Source: Eledone cirrhosa
Taxonomy: Eukaryota
DNA length: 64,000 bases
Assembly (NCBI GenBank): GCA_964016885.1
Contig: OZ024741.1
Span: 238,638,001-238,702,000, forward strand
Reading direction: 5' to 3'
Shown here: positions 1 through 12,500 of the stretch, one piece after another
Position numbering within the stretch: position 1 is the first letter of the stretch
Layout: each line of letters starts with the position of its first letter
Notes under the pieces: generated by a model
What the model saw: the letters and a program-made list of their open reading frames with translations, nothing else
What the model was told of the DNA's origin: nothing
Database searches by the model: none
Translations under genes and position numbers: made by a program

Positions 1-545
1 AATATAGTCTTTTACAATTTTTCTGAGCATCCACCCAAGGTATGGGTTAAATAACCTCACCAACCCACAATTGTCCGAGCATGGTAAGTATGGTTACACC
101 CCTGACATGACCAAAACCAAACAGAAAGCTTTAGAGGTCCACCAGGGAGTAGTTCTCCCAACAGGAATGAAAAGGCCTTGGCTAGGTTAGTAGTGTATAG
201 TTTGAGATTTGCATAGCATTCAACGTAAATCCTGAATCATGCACAATTACATGGTCCCAAAACATTTTGCTCCTTTGCTCAGTTGTGAAAAATTTGAACT
301 CTGTTCTTTTTTGTTTATTTTGGGAGTGTGATATATAAATGATCACATGCGTTTTTATATGACAGCAGTGATTGTAATTTGCAAATTGAATTGAATTAGT
401 AGCTTTCACTGTATTTTTGACTACAGAAAATAGTGTAATAACATGGCATATAAACCCCCAGAATGGAAAAAAAAATGAGTATCAGCACATGTGGAAATTG
501 AACCCAGACCCATTTACTAATTCAATTCAATTTTCTATATATATA

Positions 546-1344
546 CATGAGGTGTGTCAGAAAAGAAATTAGACTGGAGTTGAAAACAAAATTTCAAATC
601 CAGAATACAAATTACAAGTTTTCCCCTTTGAAATAATCCACCTTGAGTCTAACACACTTTCCCATCCTTCTCTGCCATGCCCCTATGCACTCTTGGAAGG
701 ATTCTCCTGGGATTTTCTGCAGCTCTGTCATCCCTGTCCTCTTGATGGCTTCCAAATCCAGATGCTCAAGGATGTCCTGACACACCTGCATGTGCCACTT
801 CTTCACGTCATCGTTCAGCAGCTTCAGCATTCCCAAATCTTTAGTGATAATCTTCCAAACATTGTTGGGGTTTATGCTCAGCTCACTTGCAATCAGTCAA
901 ACTGTCAGCTGACAATTACCAAGCACCATCTGCTTCGCATACTCAAAATTGGCCACAGTCTTGCTTGTTGAATGCCTTCCACTCTTAGTGTCGTCTTCTA
1001 CATCCTCACATTCCTCCTTTTGTGCCACTTGAAAACCCATGAGCATGACATCATCTCATCTCTGTACACTTGCTGCAAAATTCCGAGTGCTCTGATGGAA
1101 TTTTCCCCAGCCAGATCAGAAACTTCAGGCTGGTTTGTTGCTCTGTGCCCATCACTTGACAACCTAAAATAGAGGAACTGTTAACAGAAACATGTGAAAA
1201 AACATACAATGGCTGTAGAGAGCTGAGATCACAGTTATATACTCCTTGGATATTATGTCACATGGTGGTGAAACTGCTAATCCCTACCCAACTCATAGCT
1301 CACACAGCACACTAAGTCCTGTTTCTTTTCTGACACACCTTGTA
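546..1344 (-). mobile_element. Internally deleted Tc1/mariner DNA transposon
   Basis: Terminal inverted repeats (gaggtgtgtcagaaaagaaattagact / agtcctgtttcttttctgacacacctt) flanked by TA. The minus strand retains mariner N-terminal HTH remnants and a C-terminal 'IPGESFQECIGAWQRRMGKCVRLKVDYFKG' segment; the catalytic core is missing. Confidence 0.8.
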
Positions 1345-1413
1345 TATTTGAAAATATATATTAATCTAGTACATACAAATCTGTTGCAAAGTGATACAGA
1401 ATGCATCAGGCCA

Positions 1414-1960
1414 CATCATCATCTTCATCATCATTTTTTCCAATGCTTGCTTGGGTTGGCAGGCTCTCTTGAGCACAGCTTCCCTCCAGTTGATGCGTTC
1501 CTTTGCCATTTCCTTTATGAAGTTCCTCGATTTGAGATCATATCTCATCACCTCTACCTAGGTCCTCATTGGTCTTCCTTGACTACAGCTTTCTTCCATT
1601 GGGATTTCTTGGCTCTTCTCCATCCAATGATCATCATCCATTTGCATCTCATGTTCATACATGTGCAGTGTTCTCTCTTGCATATTGCACCTGATTCCAG
1701 TTTTTCTCTCAACTCATTCATGCACATTAACATTACACACCCATGACTCACTATAATACAACATCATACTTCAGATGCAGGCCTTTTATTTGTAGAGAAA
1801 AACCTTTTGTAGTCATTTTGTCAACGGGTATTTATTCCATGAACTTTTTTTCATCCTGTTCTTTTTCAAGCTAATATGTTGTCAGAGCAACCTCCTCCAC
1901 TGATAATTATGTCTTTTACTTAACAGAAGTTATCAACTACTTCAATGGTACCTTCCTCGA
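1414..1960 (-). mobile_element. Decayed RTE LINE 3' fragment
   Basis: (CAT)n tail on plus strand; minus-strand peptides 'MNELREKLE' and 'DLKSRNFIKEMAKERINWREAV' resemble the C-terminus of the intact RTE ORF. Confidence 0.7.
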
Positions 1961-2359
1961 ATTGGAAAAAAGGCCACCTCTAGAGACAAATTAAGAAATT
2001 ATGAAGAATTATAAGAAATTCAGTTCATTGCATTTGTCTCCTGAAACCCACATACCCGTAGAAAAATATATTACTATATTATTTTGGATTAGTACTATCA
2101 GATTAAGCATTGCTTCTCACCTATGTTATCCAGAAAATAGTTACACGAATATAGCAATACTTCTTCTTTAACCAATAACTCCTAGTGGAGTTGTAAGGGG
2201 ACCGTAGTGACATGCCGGCATTCCTTGGGCCTTTTTAAAAACCTAGCAGAGCCCATCTACTCTCTAGGTCTGAACATAGCTTATTTCTTCCAGAGAAGGA
2301 AAGTGATAGTGAAAAGAAGTTAAGAAGAGATACAGGAGAAGAATCAACCAAAGTACTAG

Positions 2360-2500
2360 TCAGGTATTTTTTTTTTTTATCGTTGTTGAAAGGATGAAAG
2401 GCAAAGTTGGTAGGATTTGAACTTAGAGTGCAGAGAGCCAGAATAAATATGACAATGCATTCTATCTGATATTTTAACAGTTCTGCCAATTTGCTGCCTC
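2360..2500 (-). mobile_element. tRNA-derived SINE (Meta-domain-like core)
   Basis: gaaaggatgaaaggcaaagtt...ggatttgaactt (reverse B-box GTTCAAATCC); same family as 62780-63190. Confidence 0.6.
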
Positions 2501-2911
2501 AATTTCCTTACTCGGTACATATTTTAGTTGTGCAGTGAACCAGTTTTTGTGACTTTCAGATAATTAAAATTGTCCATTTTGCTTGTGTATACTGTGGAAG
2601 TAATTAGAATATTTCATTATGCTCTTAATAATTTTATTGGCTATTTTCCTATCATAGATGTCCAAGGACGAACTTAATAACAGTCATTACATTCAGTACA
2701 TTATAAATATATTTAATCTCATATTTTTAAATCCTTGTAAAAATATTCCATGGTTTATTTCAGACATTGCTGTGTTTTAAAACTTAAGTCCCTGCATTAT
2801 ATAGGTACATAACAATAGTAGCAAGTATCAAACTTAACTATTTTCACTTCAGCATTTAAACAGATTAAACTAATAATAATAAAAAAACTACAACAAAAAC
2901 AATGAACTTAC

Positions 2912-5287
2912 TTGTGAAGACTTTGAAAGTGTTCTGATCATGGTGGAGGGCTTTTGGGATTCAATTTCTGGATAAAATTGACCTCTTGACCTCATTGATG
3001 GAGTATTTGGACTCATGCCTTCATTTTGGCTTCTTGTCATTGAAACTCGGTTGTTAGTTTGGTAAATGAGATTTCGCATCTCACTTCTTGACTGGTAGGA
3101 AGCATTTACTTCAGTTCCATGGTTAGTATTTCTGGGGTAGTTGTATTTAACAATACATGTGGTTATAAATATCACAATGGCAATAGACAGTACCACTGCT
3201 ACAACAACAATAATTATAACTAGATTTACATCAATCATGTCACTAGATTGAATTTGAACAGCTGTTAACATGGTAGATGTTTTATTACTGACAGTTAATG
3301 TTAATGACAAAACAGTGGTTGCTGATAGAACAGGAGTTCCACTGTCTTTAACTATAAATTGGAGCTCGTATGACCCTGCATCATTTTGATAGACTGTTCG
3401 TGAAAAAGATAAAATACCTGAATGAGCATTAATCATAAATAACCGTTTATCATTGCCTCCAAGAAGTTCATAGGTGAGGAAAGCATTTACATGACTATCT
3501 CTATCTGATGCTCTCAGAACAGTGATTTCAGTATCACTCTGTGGATGGTAATGAAGATCCAGACTAAAGGGGCTAACACTGGGAAAGGTGAAATAGGGAG
3601 CATTATCATTTTCATCCATAATTTCAACAATAACATTTGCTGTGCTATTTAGTGATGGAGTTCCATTGTCTCTGACTAAAACTTGAAATTTATAAATATT
3701 ATTTTGTTCTCGATCAAGAGATTTTATTGTTGAAATGAATCCATTATTTGTTATTTTGAAAGGAATATCAAAATTGTTTTTGTCAAATAAAGTATATGAC
3801 AATTTGCCGCCAAGCCCTAAATCTGGGTCAGTGGCGTTAACAAATCCAACTGGAAATGATGGTTTAAAATTTTCATAGGTTAAAAATTTGAATGTGTCTT
3901 TAGTAAACATGGGCTGTACATCATTGACATCCATTAACTGAAGAGAAAATTTTCTTTGTCTTTGTAAGGGTGGGAATCCATGATCTTGACACTTTATTAT
4001 AATCATATAATGATCTTTAGTTTCTCTATCAACACGTTCTTTTAAAATGACTTTGTATTCTTTTGAACCAATTGCAGAAAGTTTAAATTTTTCATGTTTA
4101 AGATCACATGTAACTTCTCCATTGTGTCCAACATCATTGTCTGTAACCATCACATATGCTATAAAGCTACCAACTTTCGTACTTTCATATATTTTTGTTG
4201 TGTTTTCAGTCAATACAGAAACAAAATCTACATCTATATTTGGAGGATTATTTTCTTGATTCAGTACATTCACAATAACTATTGCAATTGAGCTTAAAGG
4301 TGGACTTCCACCATCTCTGGCTTCAATAAATAATTTAAAAGTGATTTTTTCATTTAACTTGGAAGTTTTATCCAGGAAAATTTCCCCTGCTTCTCGATGG
4401 ATTCTAAAATGGTCTCTTGCAATTACTGATGTTTTAGGACTAAAGTAATAAGAAATCTGACTATTTTCACCTGAATCTTTATCTTTTGCTGACAATATAA
4501 CAACAGGTATCATCTTTGAATGTGTATTTTTCACTGAAACATTGTACATATTTTGAGAAAAAATAGGTCGATTATCATTTTCATCAGTGACAGAAATTTG
4601 AACATCTAGAATACACTGGTTTGGTGGAGAACCTCCATCTTGGGCAACAACCTGCACTAAATATAAATCTTTGATCTCCCGATCAAGTTTTTTTTCTAAT
4701 ATGATTTCCAATGTTGACACTCCATCAGCTCTTTTGGAAACAAATAATGAAAACGTCTGATTTATATTATTTTTCAGTCTATAGTTAATTTTGGAGTTTA
4801 AAGCTCCCATATCATTATCTATAGCATTTGGGGCTGATTTTTTAGTTCCTCTCCCATCTGTCTCATAGAACTGAAGTTCAATTTGTTTTTTAGGAAATTC
4901 AGGCTGGTGATCATTTATATCTTCAATAGTCACTTTGATTTTCAATACTCTTATAAATGTTTCTGCTTGCCTTACTGCAACTTTTACAATTTTTGAACAT
5001 TCTTTGTTATATGTACAAAGAAATTCAGCATCTAACCGCTGAGCTGTGTATAATTTGCCACTTTTGGTAACATTGAACAAATGATAGCTACTAGATAGCC
5101 GACGTTTCAGTTGACTAAAAGTGATAAGTCTATTATCTTGAGATGAGAAACTAGCAAACAATTGTGAGTCACTAGCAATATCTCCAATAAATGTATTTGC
5201 ACTCTTCTCTTCTTGTACATGATAGATGAGATCTACACATTGACAACAGTGTAGTAAAACTAAAAATATATATATGGAGAACAACAT
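2912..5287 (-). CDS. Pcdh: Protocadherin, large ectodomain+TM exon (cephalopod-type)
   Basis: ATG at 5287 followed by a hydrophobic signal peptide. Six cadherin repeats with DxNDxxPxF, LDRE and AxDxGxP motifs; EC1 has C-X5-C (LCTYNKEC); TM VIIIVVVAVVLSIAIVIFITTCIV. Phase-0 donor CAA|GTAAGT at 2912/2911; downstream exon(s) not identified. Confidence 0.95.
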
Positions 5288-5343
5288 ATTGGTTGGAATC
5301 ACTGTTATTGGAGCAAAATATATGAAGTAATTAGCGGCTTGCT

Positions 5344-5370
5344 CTGTAAAGAAAGTAAAATCAAAAACAG
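5344..5370 (-). promoter_or_regulatory. 3' splice acceptor of the protocadherin exon
   Basis: Minus strand reads ctgtttttgattttactttctttacag|AG, a polypyrimidine tract plus CAG, 56 nt upstream of the ATG. Confidence 0.7.
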
Positions 5371-5479
5371 TTTTTTAGTATCGAAAACATTGAGAAAAAT
5401 GACTGAATATCATTATTATAAATAATTATTTTTCTCAAAACACATTTATTTCATAATATTTCTAAGTCATTTTGTATGT

Positions 5480-6350
5480 AACGTCACCTTTTATTCAGCA
5501 AACTTCCTCACATCTAACTCCTCTCTAAATGACAAATCTGTCAATATCTACCTCATATCACTCTGCAAGCTACACACTATGCTTCAAATTTTCTTAAAAA
5601 GATAATGTCTATTTTTATGAAGAATCCATTTTCCTCACCTGGTTGTTTGCAGTAAAGGTTAATGAATCATCCTAATCATTCCAACCTACTCACTGTTAGT
5701 TGCAGCCAAACACCCTGCTATGCAGATAATATAATCCCTCATTCCTTGATAACCTTTTCTACCTAGAAATAAATCTCATGCAACCTAGACAGTTCACACC
5801 AGATATGAACAATTTCCTTGAATAAATACCTTAAAGACATCTTCTAATGTGGATGTCAACCTAGTTCTTTTAACTACATAAAGACACAATCACTACAAAC
5901 AACATACAATTTAATTTGCTACAAATGTAAGCCACACAGTCTCATGGCAACTACAGATATATGACATTCCTGAAACTATATCACAAAAAATAGGTTTCCT
6001 CTACACATCCCAAAATAATTAAAACCTGTTTCTTTAACAAGTTCAAGTGTGGATCACAGTAGAATAATCTTCCTATTCCTGGGACATTGCAACATACATT
6101 TTAGAGCACACCTAAACATTTCAGAGCACACCACATCCAAAATAAACAATTCCCTTACCCCTCGTATTCATGTCATCTCTACTATATCTTACTACCTAAA
6201 CACCAATCTAAACACAGGACCCAAAATGATATCTCCCAAAACTCAAACCTCTGTAACTTTCTTTAACCTATGGAGATTTCAACTGAACTGCTGCCACAAC
6301 CTGATCTATCTGAGAAGCTCAAGCCTAAGCTGTGTCTCCTGACACTCTTC
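5480..6350 (+). mobile_element. Ancient CR1/L2-like LINE remnant
   Basis: Near 5930-6000 a frame reads 'VSWQLQIYDIPETISQKIGFLY', resembling the post-RT LxWxxHIxxIxxxxSxKxGxL motif; boundaries approximate. Confidence 0.35.
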
Positions 6351-6409
6351 TCTTCAGACTAATAGGTATATAAGTTCGATTGGATTGTGTTAACGTATAT
6401 GTATGAATA

Positions 6410-6570
6410 TATATCATCCTCATTACCCTCATCATCATTTTATGTCCAATTTTCCATGCTTGCATGGGTTTTTCCCAGCACAACATCCCTCCGATTATTG
6501 CATTCCCTCATCATCTCCTTTGTGAACTTTAGTGATTTGAGATCAACTCTCACCATCACTGCCTAGGTCT
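6410..6570 (-). mobile_element. RTE 3' end fragment
   Basis: catcatcattttatgtccaatttccatgcttgcatgggtt matches the reverse of the RTE 3' terminus. Confidence 0.55.
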
Positions 6571-6678
6571 AGGTTATTGTCCTGATTATTCAAACATTGT
6601 GGGTAACATTAATTGGTATCAAATCTTACTACCTTACAACATAAGACAAAGGAATGGATATTAAATAGATTGAAGATA

Positions 6679-6902
6679 CACGAGGGTCAGTTGAAAAGTT
6701 CATAGTCTAACTATCAAGAAATGATGCTAGAGCTGTGAAATTTTGCATGCAATAATTTCAACTCTTCTTATTAACTGCATTGTTTATTTCCAGGGATAAC
6801 TGCCTTGTTTATTTCCATGGATTACGTTGAAAAATAAACCACATTTGGTAATTCCATGACAGTATCATAGTCAGCCTATGAACTTTTCAGCTGGACCTCG
6901 TA
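6679..6902. mobile_element. Mariner-derived MITE (~220 bp)
   Basis: TIRs cgagggtcagttgaaaagttcatagtctaacta / tagtcagcctatgaacttttcagctggacctcg with TA flanks. Confidence 0.8.
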
Positions 6903-7315
6903 TATATACTTACAGTAAACATGTTGGCTAATTGAGGTTGCAATGCAATGCCCCAATCACTGATTTAAACACTCAACGACATCTATTTTTTTCCAAATAT
7001 GATTTGTCAGTCTGTGACGGAATATATGTAGAATAAGGAAAATGCGAAGTTCATTGTAAATGTTAAAAAAATCCATAATTACAAGCTGTGATACGTATTG
7101 CAATGACAATCATGGTTATGTGATTGTTCAATCATATAACCAGTCATGAGATATCATCAGACAGCATCTTATGTAAAAAGGTTATGTTTCCAAGACAATT
7201 CAATCTAAAGACAAGGGAATGTACAGAAATGATGTTTTCATACCCAGCTATGAAAACATCATTTCTGTACATTCCTTTGTCTTTAAATGGGATTGTCTCA
7301 AAAACATAACCTTTT

Positions 7316-7965
7316 TACATATGATGCTGTCTGATGATATCACATAACTGGTTATATGATTGAATAATCATGTAGCCATGAACATATGATGCTGTCTGAT
7401 GATATCACACAACTGGTTATATGATTGAATAATCATGTAGCCATGAACATATGATGCTGTCTGATGATATCACATAACTGGTTATATGATTGAATAATCA
7501 TGTAGCCATGAACATATGATGCTGTCTGATGATATCACACAACTGGTTATATGATTGAATAATCATGTAGCCATGAACATATGATGCTGTCTGATGATAT
7601 CACATAACTGGTTATATGATTGAATAATCATGTAGCCATGAACATATGATGCTGTCTGATGATATCACACAACTGGTTATATGATTGAATAATCATGTAG
7701 CCATGAACATATGATGCTGTCTGATGATATCACATAACTGGTTATATGATTGAATAATCATGTAGCCATGAACATATGATGCTGTCTGATGATATCACAT
7801 AACTGGTTATATGATTGAATAATCATGTAGCCATGAACATATGATGCTGTCTGATGATATCACATAACTGGTTATATGATTGAATAATCATGTAGCCATG
7901 AACATATGATGCTGTCTGATGATATCACATAACTGGTTATATGATTGAATAATCATGTAGCCATG
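7316..7965 (+). repeat. Tandem array, 10 x 65 bp
   Basis: Unit aacatatgatgctgtctgatgatatcacaYaactggttatatgattgaataatcatgtagccatg starting at 7316, 7381, 7446 ... 7901. Confidence 0.95.
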
Positions 7966-7991
7966 ATTGTCATTGAAATACGTATCACAGC
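7911..7991 (+). ncRNA. Type I hammerhead ribozyme-like motif
   Basis: Stem I gctgt/acagc, CTGATGA (7916-7922), long stem II with imperfect base, GAAA (7975-7978), palindromic stem III ATACGTAT, predicted cleavage after C7986. Confidence 0.55.
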
Positions 7992-9592
7992 TTTCTTAAT
8001 AAAGGACTTTTTAACATCTACAACGAACATCTCATTCTCCTTATCCTCTCCTCTCTCTATATATAGTTATTTGGTGTTTAACATGCAGTTTCTGATGGTT
8101 CACCAGTTTGAGCACTCACTACTATTTTAATGTAGGAGTCATCATTTGTGTCATTACTGTATTTTGGTAGTTGTAACATGTATGTATATGAGGCTAAATT
8201 GATACTTTCTTCCTGCTTACATATATATATCTAATTCCTTCCAGTGTCTGGGATAAATTGATATCTATCATGATATTAATATTTGTATTTCCAAATGTAT
8301 TTTGCATGTTTATTAAACTACATTTTTTAGCCCCTATTTTAGCATCTGGTGCATTCTTTATTGAGATATATTGAAATATATTTTGGGAAGTTTATGTATA
8401 TACATATTGTGTTGCTCCATTGCTTTGCTACAAACCTTATTTTTGTGGATAGTGCTTATTAAATAAATAATTTAAAACTGTTTCAAAGTTTCTATTCATT
8501 CTGAAAACAATGTTGGTGTAATGCTTGTGATGTTATATGATGCTCTACTTACTAAAAGATCACAATCCAAAATATTGAAAATATACAAATGTCTCAGTTC
8601 CAATCTTTTTTATGCAAGCAAAAGAACATTCTTATAATAATTGTTTAAATGTCAGCAGATCAGAATATTTCCTTGAATCCAGATCCTTAGGCAACTTGTC
8701 TCTAAGGTCAAACTTTCTTTTATCTGATCTAAAAATATCTTCCCCATGTACTTTATACATGTACCTCAAAATATTATCTCTCCATTCAGCATGTTATTGA
8801 CATTGTAATATATCCATCATATACCAACTATTGTCTTTGAAACTCATCTTTTGTCTCAGTTCATATAAACTCTACTTTTATGTAAACAAAACAAAAAAAT
8901 TAATTTTCACCGTCATTGTTGTTGATTTACATTTGTAGTCGATTTTCTCTTCTACATAGTATCATAATTCTTAAAGAAGCCTCACTTATTTATTTTGGGG
9001 AGGTTTCAATTATTTGATAGTGGCTTTGCTGAGGTATCCTCAGTATACCAATACAATTGATTAGACTGAGCAGAGCCACCAGTGGAAATTTTACAAGATG
9101 GAACAATGCTGTTTTCAAGCTATAGGAGAGGGGAGATCCCCTCAATATTCAAAAGGGTAGAGAGATTTGGGGGTTTTGTTTTTAGGGGAAGGGAGGGACT
9201 GACTTACTAACTAAAACCCTCTATTATAGGCCCTGATACTACTGACCCTAAAGCTTGCAGTAGACTGATAATTTTATTTTAGTCTAGAAAGGATGAAAGG
9301 CAATGAAGCTGAGCAGAATTGAACTCAGAACATATATTCAAAACAGTTGATATTTGTTCAACATAAATAATAATGAAGACATAGCTATTTAATTACTATA
9401 GTAAAAATATACCAAAACCAATTTATAAAATTCTTCTTTTGGCTTTATATTTCATTAGAAACAAAATACGTATTTTTTTCTTCTTTTGTTGTAACATACA
9501 CTGATTTCATATCACTATAACTACCATATTACTTGCATTTTCAATTTCTATAAATAGTGGAAACTATCAAACAGATTAATAGAGAATATTAA

Positions 9593-12500
9593 CATAGGAT
9601 TCTTAGTAGCTTTTTTCATGACGTTATTATTGTTAATTTTACTGATGTAGTATTAACTTATTAACTTGGATATTTACCATGCGGTATTCTAATCCTATTG
9701 TATCTCTCTCAGTTATTTACCATGCGACCCTCAGTTCCTACCCCCCCCCCTCTATGCACTTCTTTAAGGCTTACTACCCTGTCTTTAACCTAATTCATTC
9801 AATCTGAAAATATTGAAGAGATAAGACACTTTGCCATTCTTCTCTGCTAAAATGTACCAGTAGAGCTGATTCAAATTTTCCCAGCCAGCCATCCACCTAA
9901 TCTACGAAGGTATTTTAGCCTACATATTGTCGTTAATATTATGATGTTCCCTGCTGTATTAGCGTTAAATTTTCCCTGCTGTATTAGCGATAAATTTTCG
10001 AGGGTTTCTCTTAGTAGCTTTTTCATGTCGTTAATATTATGATGTTCCCTGCTGTATTAGCGTTAAATTTTCCCTGCTGTATTAGCGATAAATTTTCGAG
10101 GGTTTCTCTTAGTAGCTTTTTTCATGACGTTATTATTGTTAATTTTACTGATGTAGTATTAACTTATTAACTTGGATATTTACCATGCGGTATTCTAATC
10201 CTATTGTATCTCTCTCAGTTATTTACCATGCGACCCTCAGTTCCTACCCCCCCCCTACTCTGAATCAATAGATGAAATATGAATCTGCGAGCTACCAAGC
10301 ACCCACGTGAAGCGCCAACCCAGAGACCCTCCCCTACGAGTGTCGACAAATGCCCAAAACTCCGAGTTGGTACCATCAATGTAGGCTCAATGAAAGGAAG
10401 AGCAGGAGAAATCGTAGAAATGCTAGAGCGAAAGGAAGTTGATGTATGCTGTGTGCAAGAGACTAGATGGAGAGGAGGGTCTGCTAGAGTCCTTGTAGGA
10501 AAAAGCCAGTGCTACAAATTTTTCTGGGTGGGAAATGACGATGGGATGGGTGGTGTAGGTATACTATTAGCTGACAAGTGGGTAGATAAAGTAATCTCAG
10601 TGTACAGGGTAAATGCAAGAATCATTAAACTCAGACTAGTCCTGAATAAGACAATTACCACAATAATATCAGCTTACGCACCCCAATCGGGGCTGCCAGA
10701 CGAACTTAAGGATAGGTTTTACGAGTCCCTAATACACACTACTGCTCTAACAGACGACAAGGACTTCCTAATCATTGCAGGAGATTTTAACGGACACGTA
10801 GGTAAACACTGCGACGGCTTCAATAGAGTACATGGAGGCCATGGAGTTGGCACAAGGAATGAGGAAGGATTCAGACTTCTAGAATTCTGCGACGCCAATG
10901 ACATGTCGATATGTAACACAAACTTTAAAAAACCCGACAACCACCTGATCACCTATAGATCAGGGGAGCACTCTAGTCAGTTAGATTTTATTCTCATCAG
11001 AGGACGTGACAGATGGACGGTCGTAAACACAAAAGCCTTCCCTAGTGAGGAATGTACATCCCAACATAGCTTAGTTGTCAGCGACCTCACGGTCAGAACT
11101 AGACGAGCCCTGAAACAGAGGCCAACCTGGAGAAGAAAGATCTGGAAGCTGAAAGTCCCCTCAACCAGTAACAGATTTAAAGATATTTTACTCAACGCCT
11201 ACGACAGTAAAGAAGAACAGATAGAGACATTTAACGTAGAAGAGAACTGGGAGTTCCTAAAAAATAACTTACTAGAGGCGACGGATGAGGTTTGTGGCTG
11301 GAGTAAGACCTCAAGCAGGAGGAGAGTGACTTGGTGGTGGAACAATAAGGTAGATGAAGCAGTCAAGGCCAAGAGACAGGCATGGAAAGAATGGAAGAAC
11401 GGGGGGAGCAGGGTACATTACATAGAGACCAAGAGGGAAGCTAGGCGACAAGTATACTTAGCTAGGAGGGAAGCAGAGGATAGAAAATTCAAGCATGTTT
11501 TACAACGTGAGGACCAGAAACAGGAGGTATTCAAGATTGCGAGGCAGTGTGTCAGAGATAGTTGTGATGTCATTGGAGAGAAGTGTATCCGGAATGATAA
11601 AGGTGAGCTTGCCCTCACAAGTGCTGAGAAGAAAGATGCATGGAAGAGTCATTATGATAGATTACTAAATGAGGAGAATGCATGGGAAGAAGAGACCCTA
11701 CCCCACGTAGACCCTATAGAGGGACCAGCAGTACAAGTCAGCGGCAGCGTAGTAAGTAAGGCAATCAGAGATATGAAGATAGGGAAGGCAACCGGTCCAT
11801 CGGGTATAGCTGCCGAGATGCTGAAGGCATCTGGGTCTGTAGGTCACACTATAACCACACGTATCGTTAACCAGGTAATACTAGAGGGGGCCATACCAAA
11901 AGATTGGTGCAGTAGCATCATTGTCAACTGCTACAAAGGTAAAGGCGATGCACTAGATAGAGGAAACTATAGAGGTATAAAGTTGATGGACCAGGTCATG
12001 AAAGTAACAGAAAGAGTTATAGCACAGCTGATTAGGGACCGGGTGAATATAGACGAGATGCAATTTGGGTTTGTTCCAGGGAAAGGCACCACTGATGCGC
12101 TCTTCCTTGTGAGGCAATTACAGGAAAAGTACCTAGCTAAAAGTAAGCCACTCTACTTGGCATTTGTCGACCTTGAGAAAGCCTTTGACAGAGTTCCACG
12201 TGCAGTAATCTGGTGGGCTCTTAGAAAACTAGGAGTAGATGAATGGCTTGTGAAAGCGGTACAAGCCATGTATAGGGGAGCAGTCAGCAAAGTTAGGATT
12301 GGCAATGAGTATAGCGAGGAATTTAGCGTACAGGTTGGGGTCCACCAGGGCTCTGTTCTTAGCCCTCTCCTGTTCATCATAGTCCTGCAGGCAATAACGG
12401 AGGAGTTTAAGACCGGATGCCCATGGGAACTCCTGTATGCTGATGACCTCGCACTCATAGCTGAATCTATGGTAGAACTAGAGAATAAATTCCAAACCTG

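Larger units (their letters stand above)
7030..8047 (+). mobile_element. Fold-back (PLE-like) non-coding element with internal tandem array
   Basis: Left arm 7030-7242 is the inverted copy of the right arm 7249-8047 (apex cccagc, 7243-7248) once the array is collapsed to one unit. Confidence 0.75.

Noticed and set aside
5288-5302. GTG start of the ORF track for the protocadherin
   Set aside because: Eukaryotic gene; the first in-frame ATG at 5287 precedes the signal peptide.
7316-7965. CRISPR-like array
   Set aside because: Units are contiguous with no unique spacers; eukaryotic context and no cas genes.
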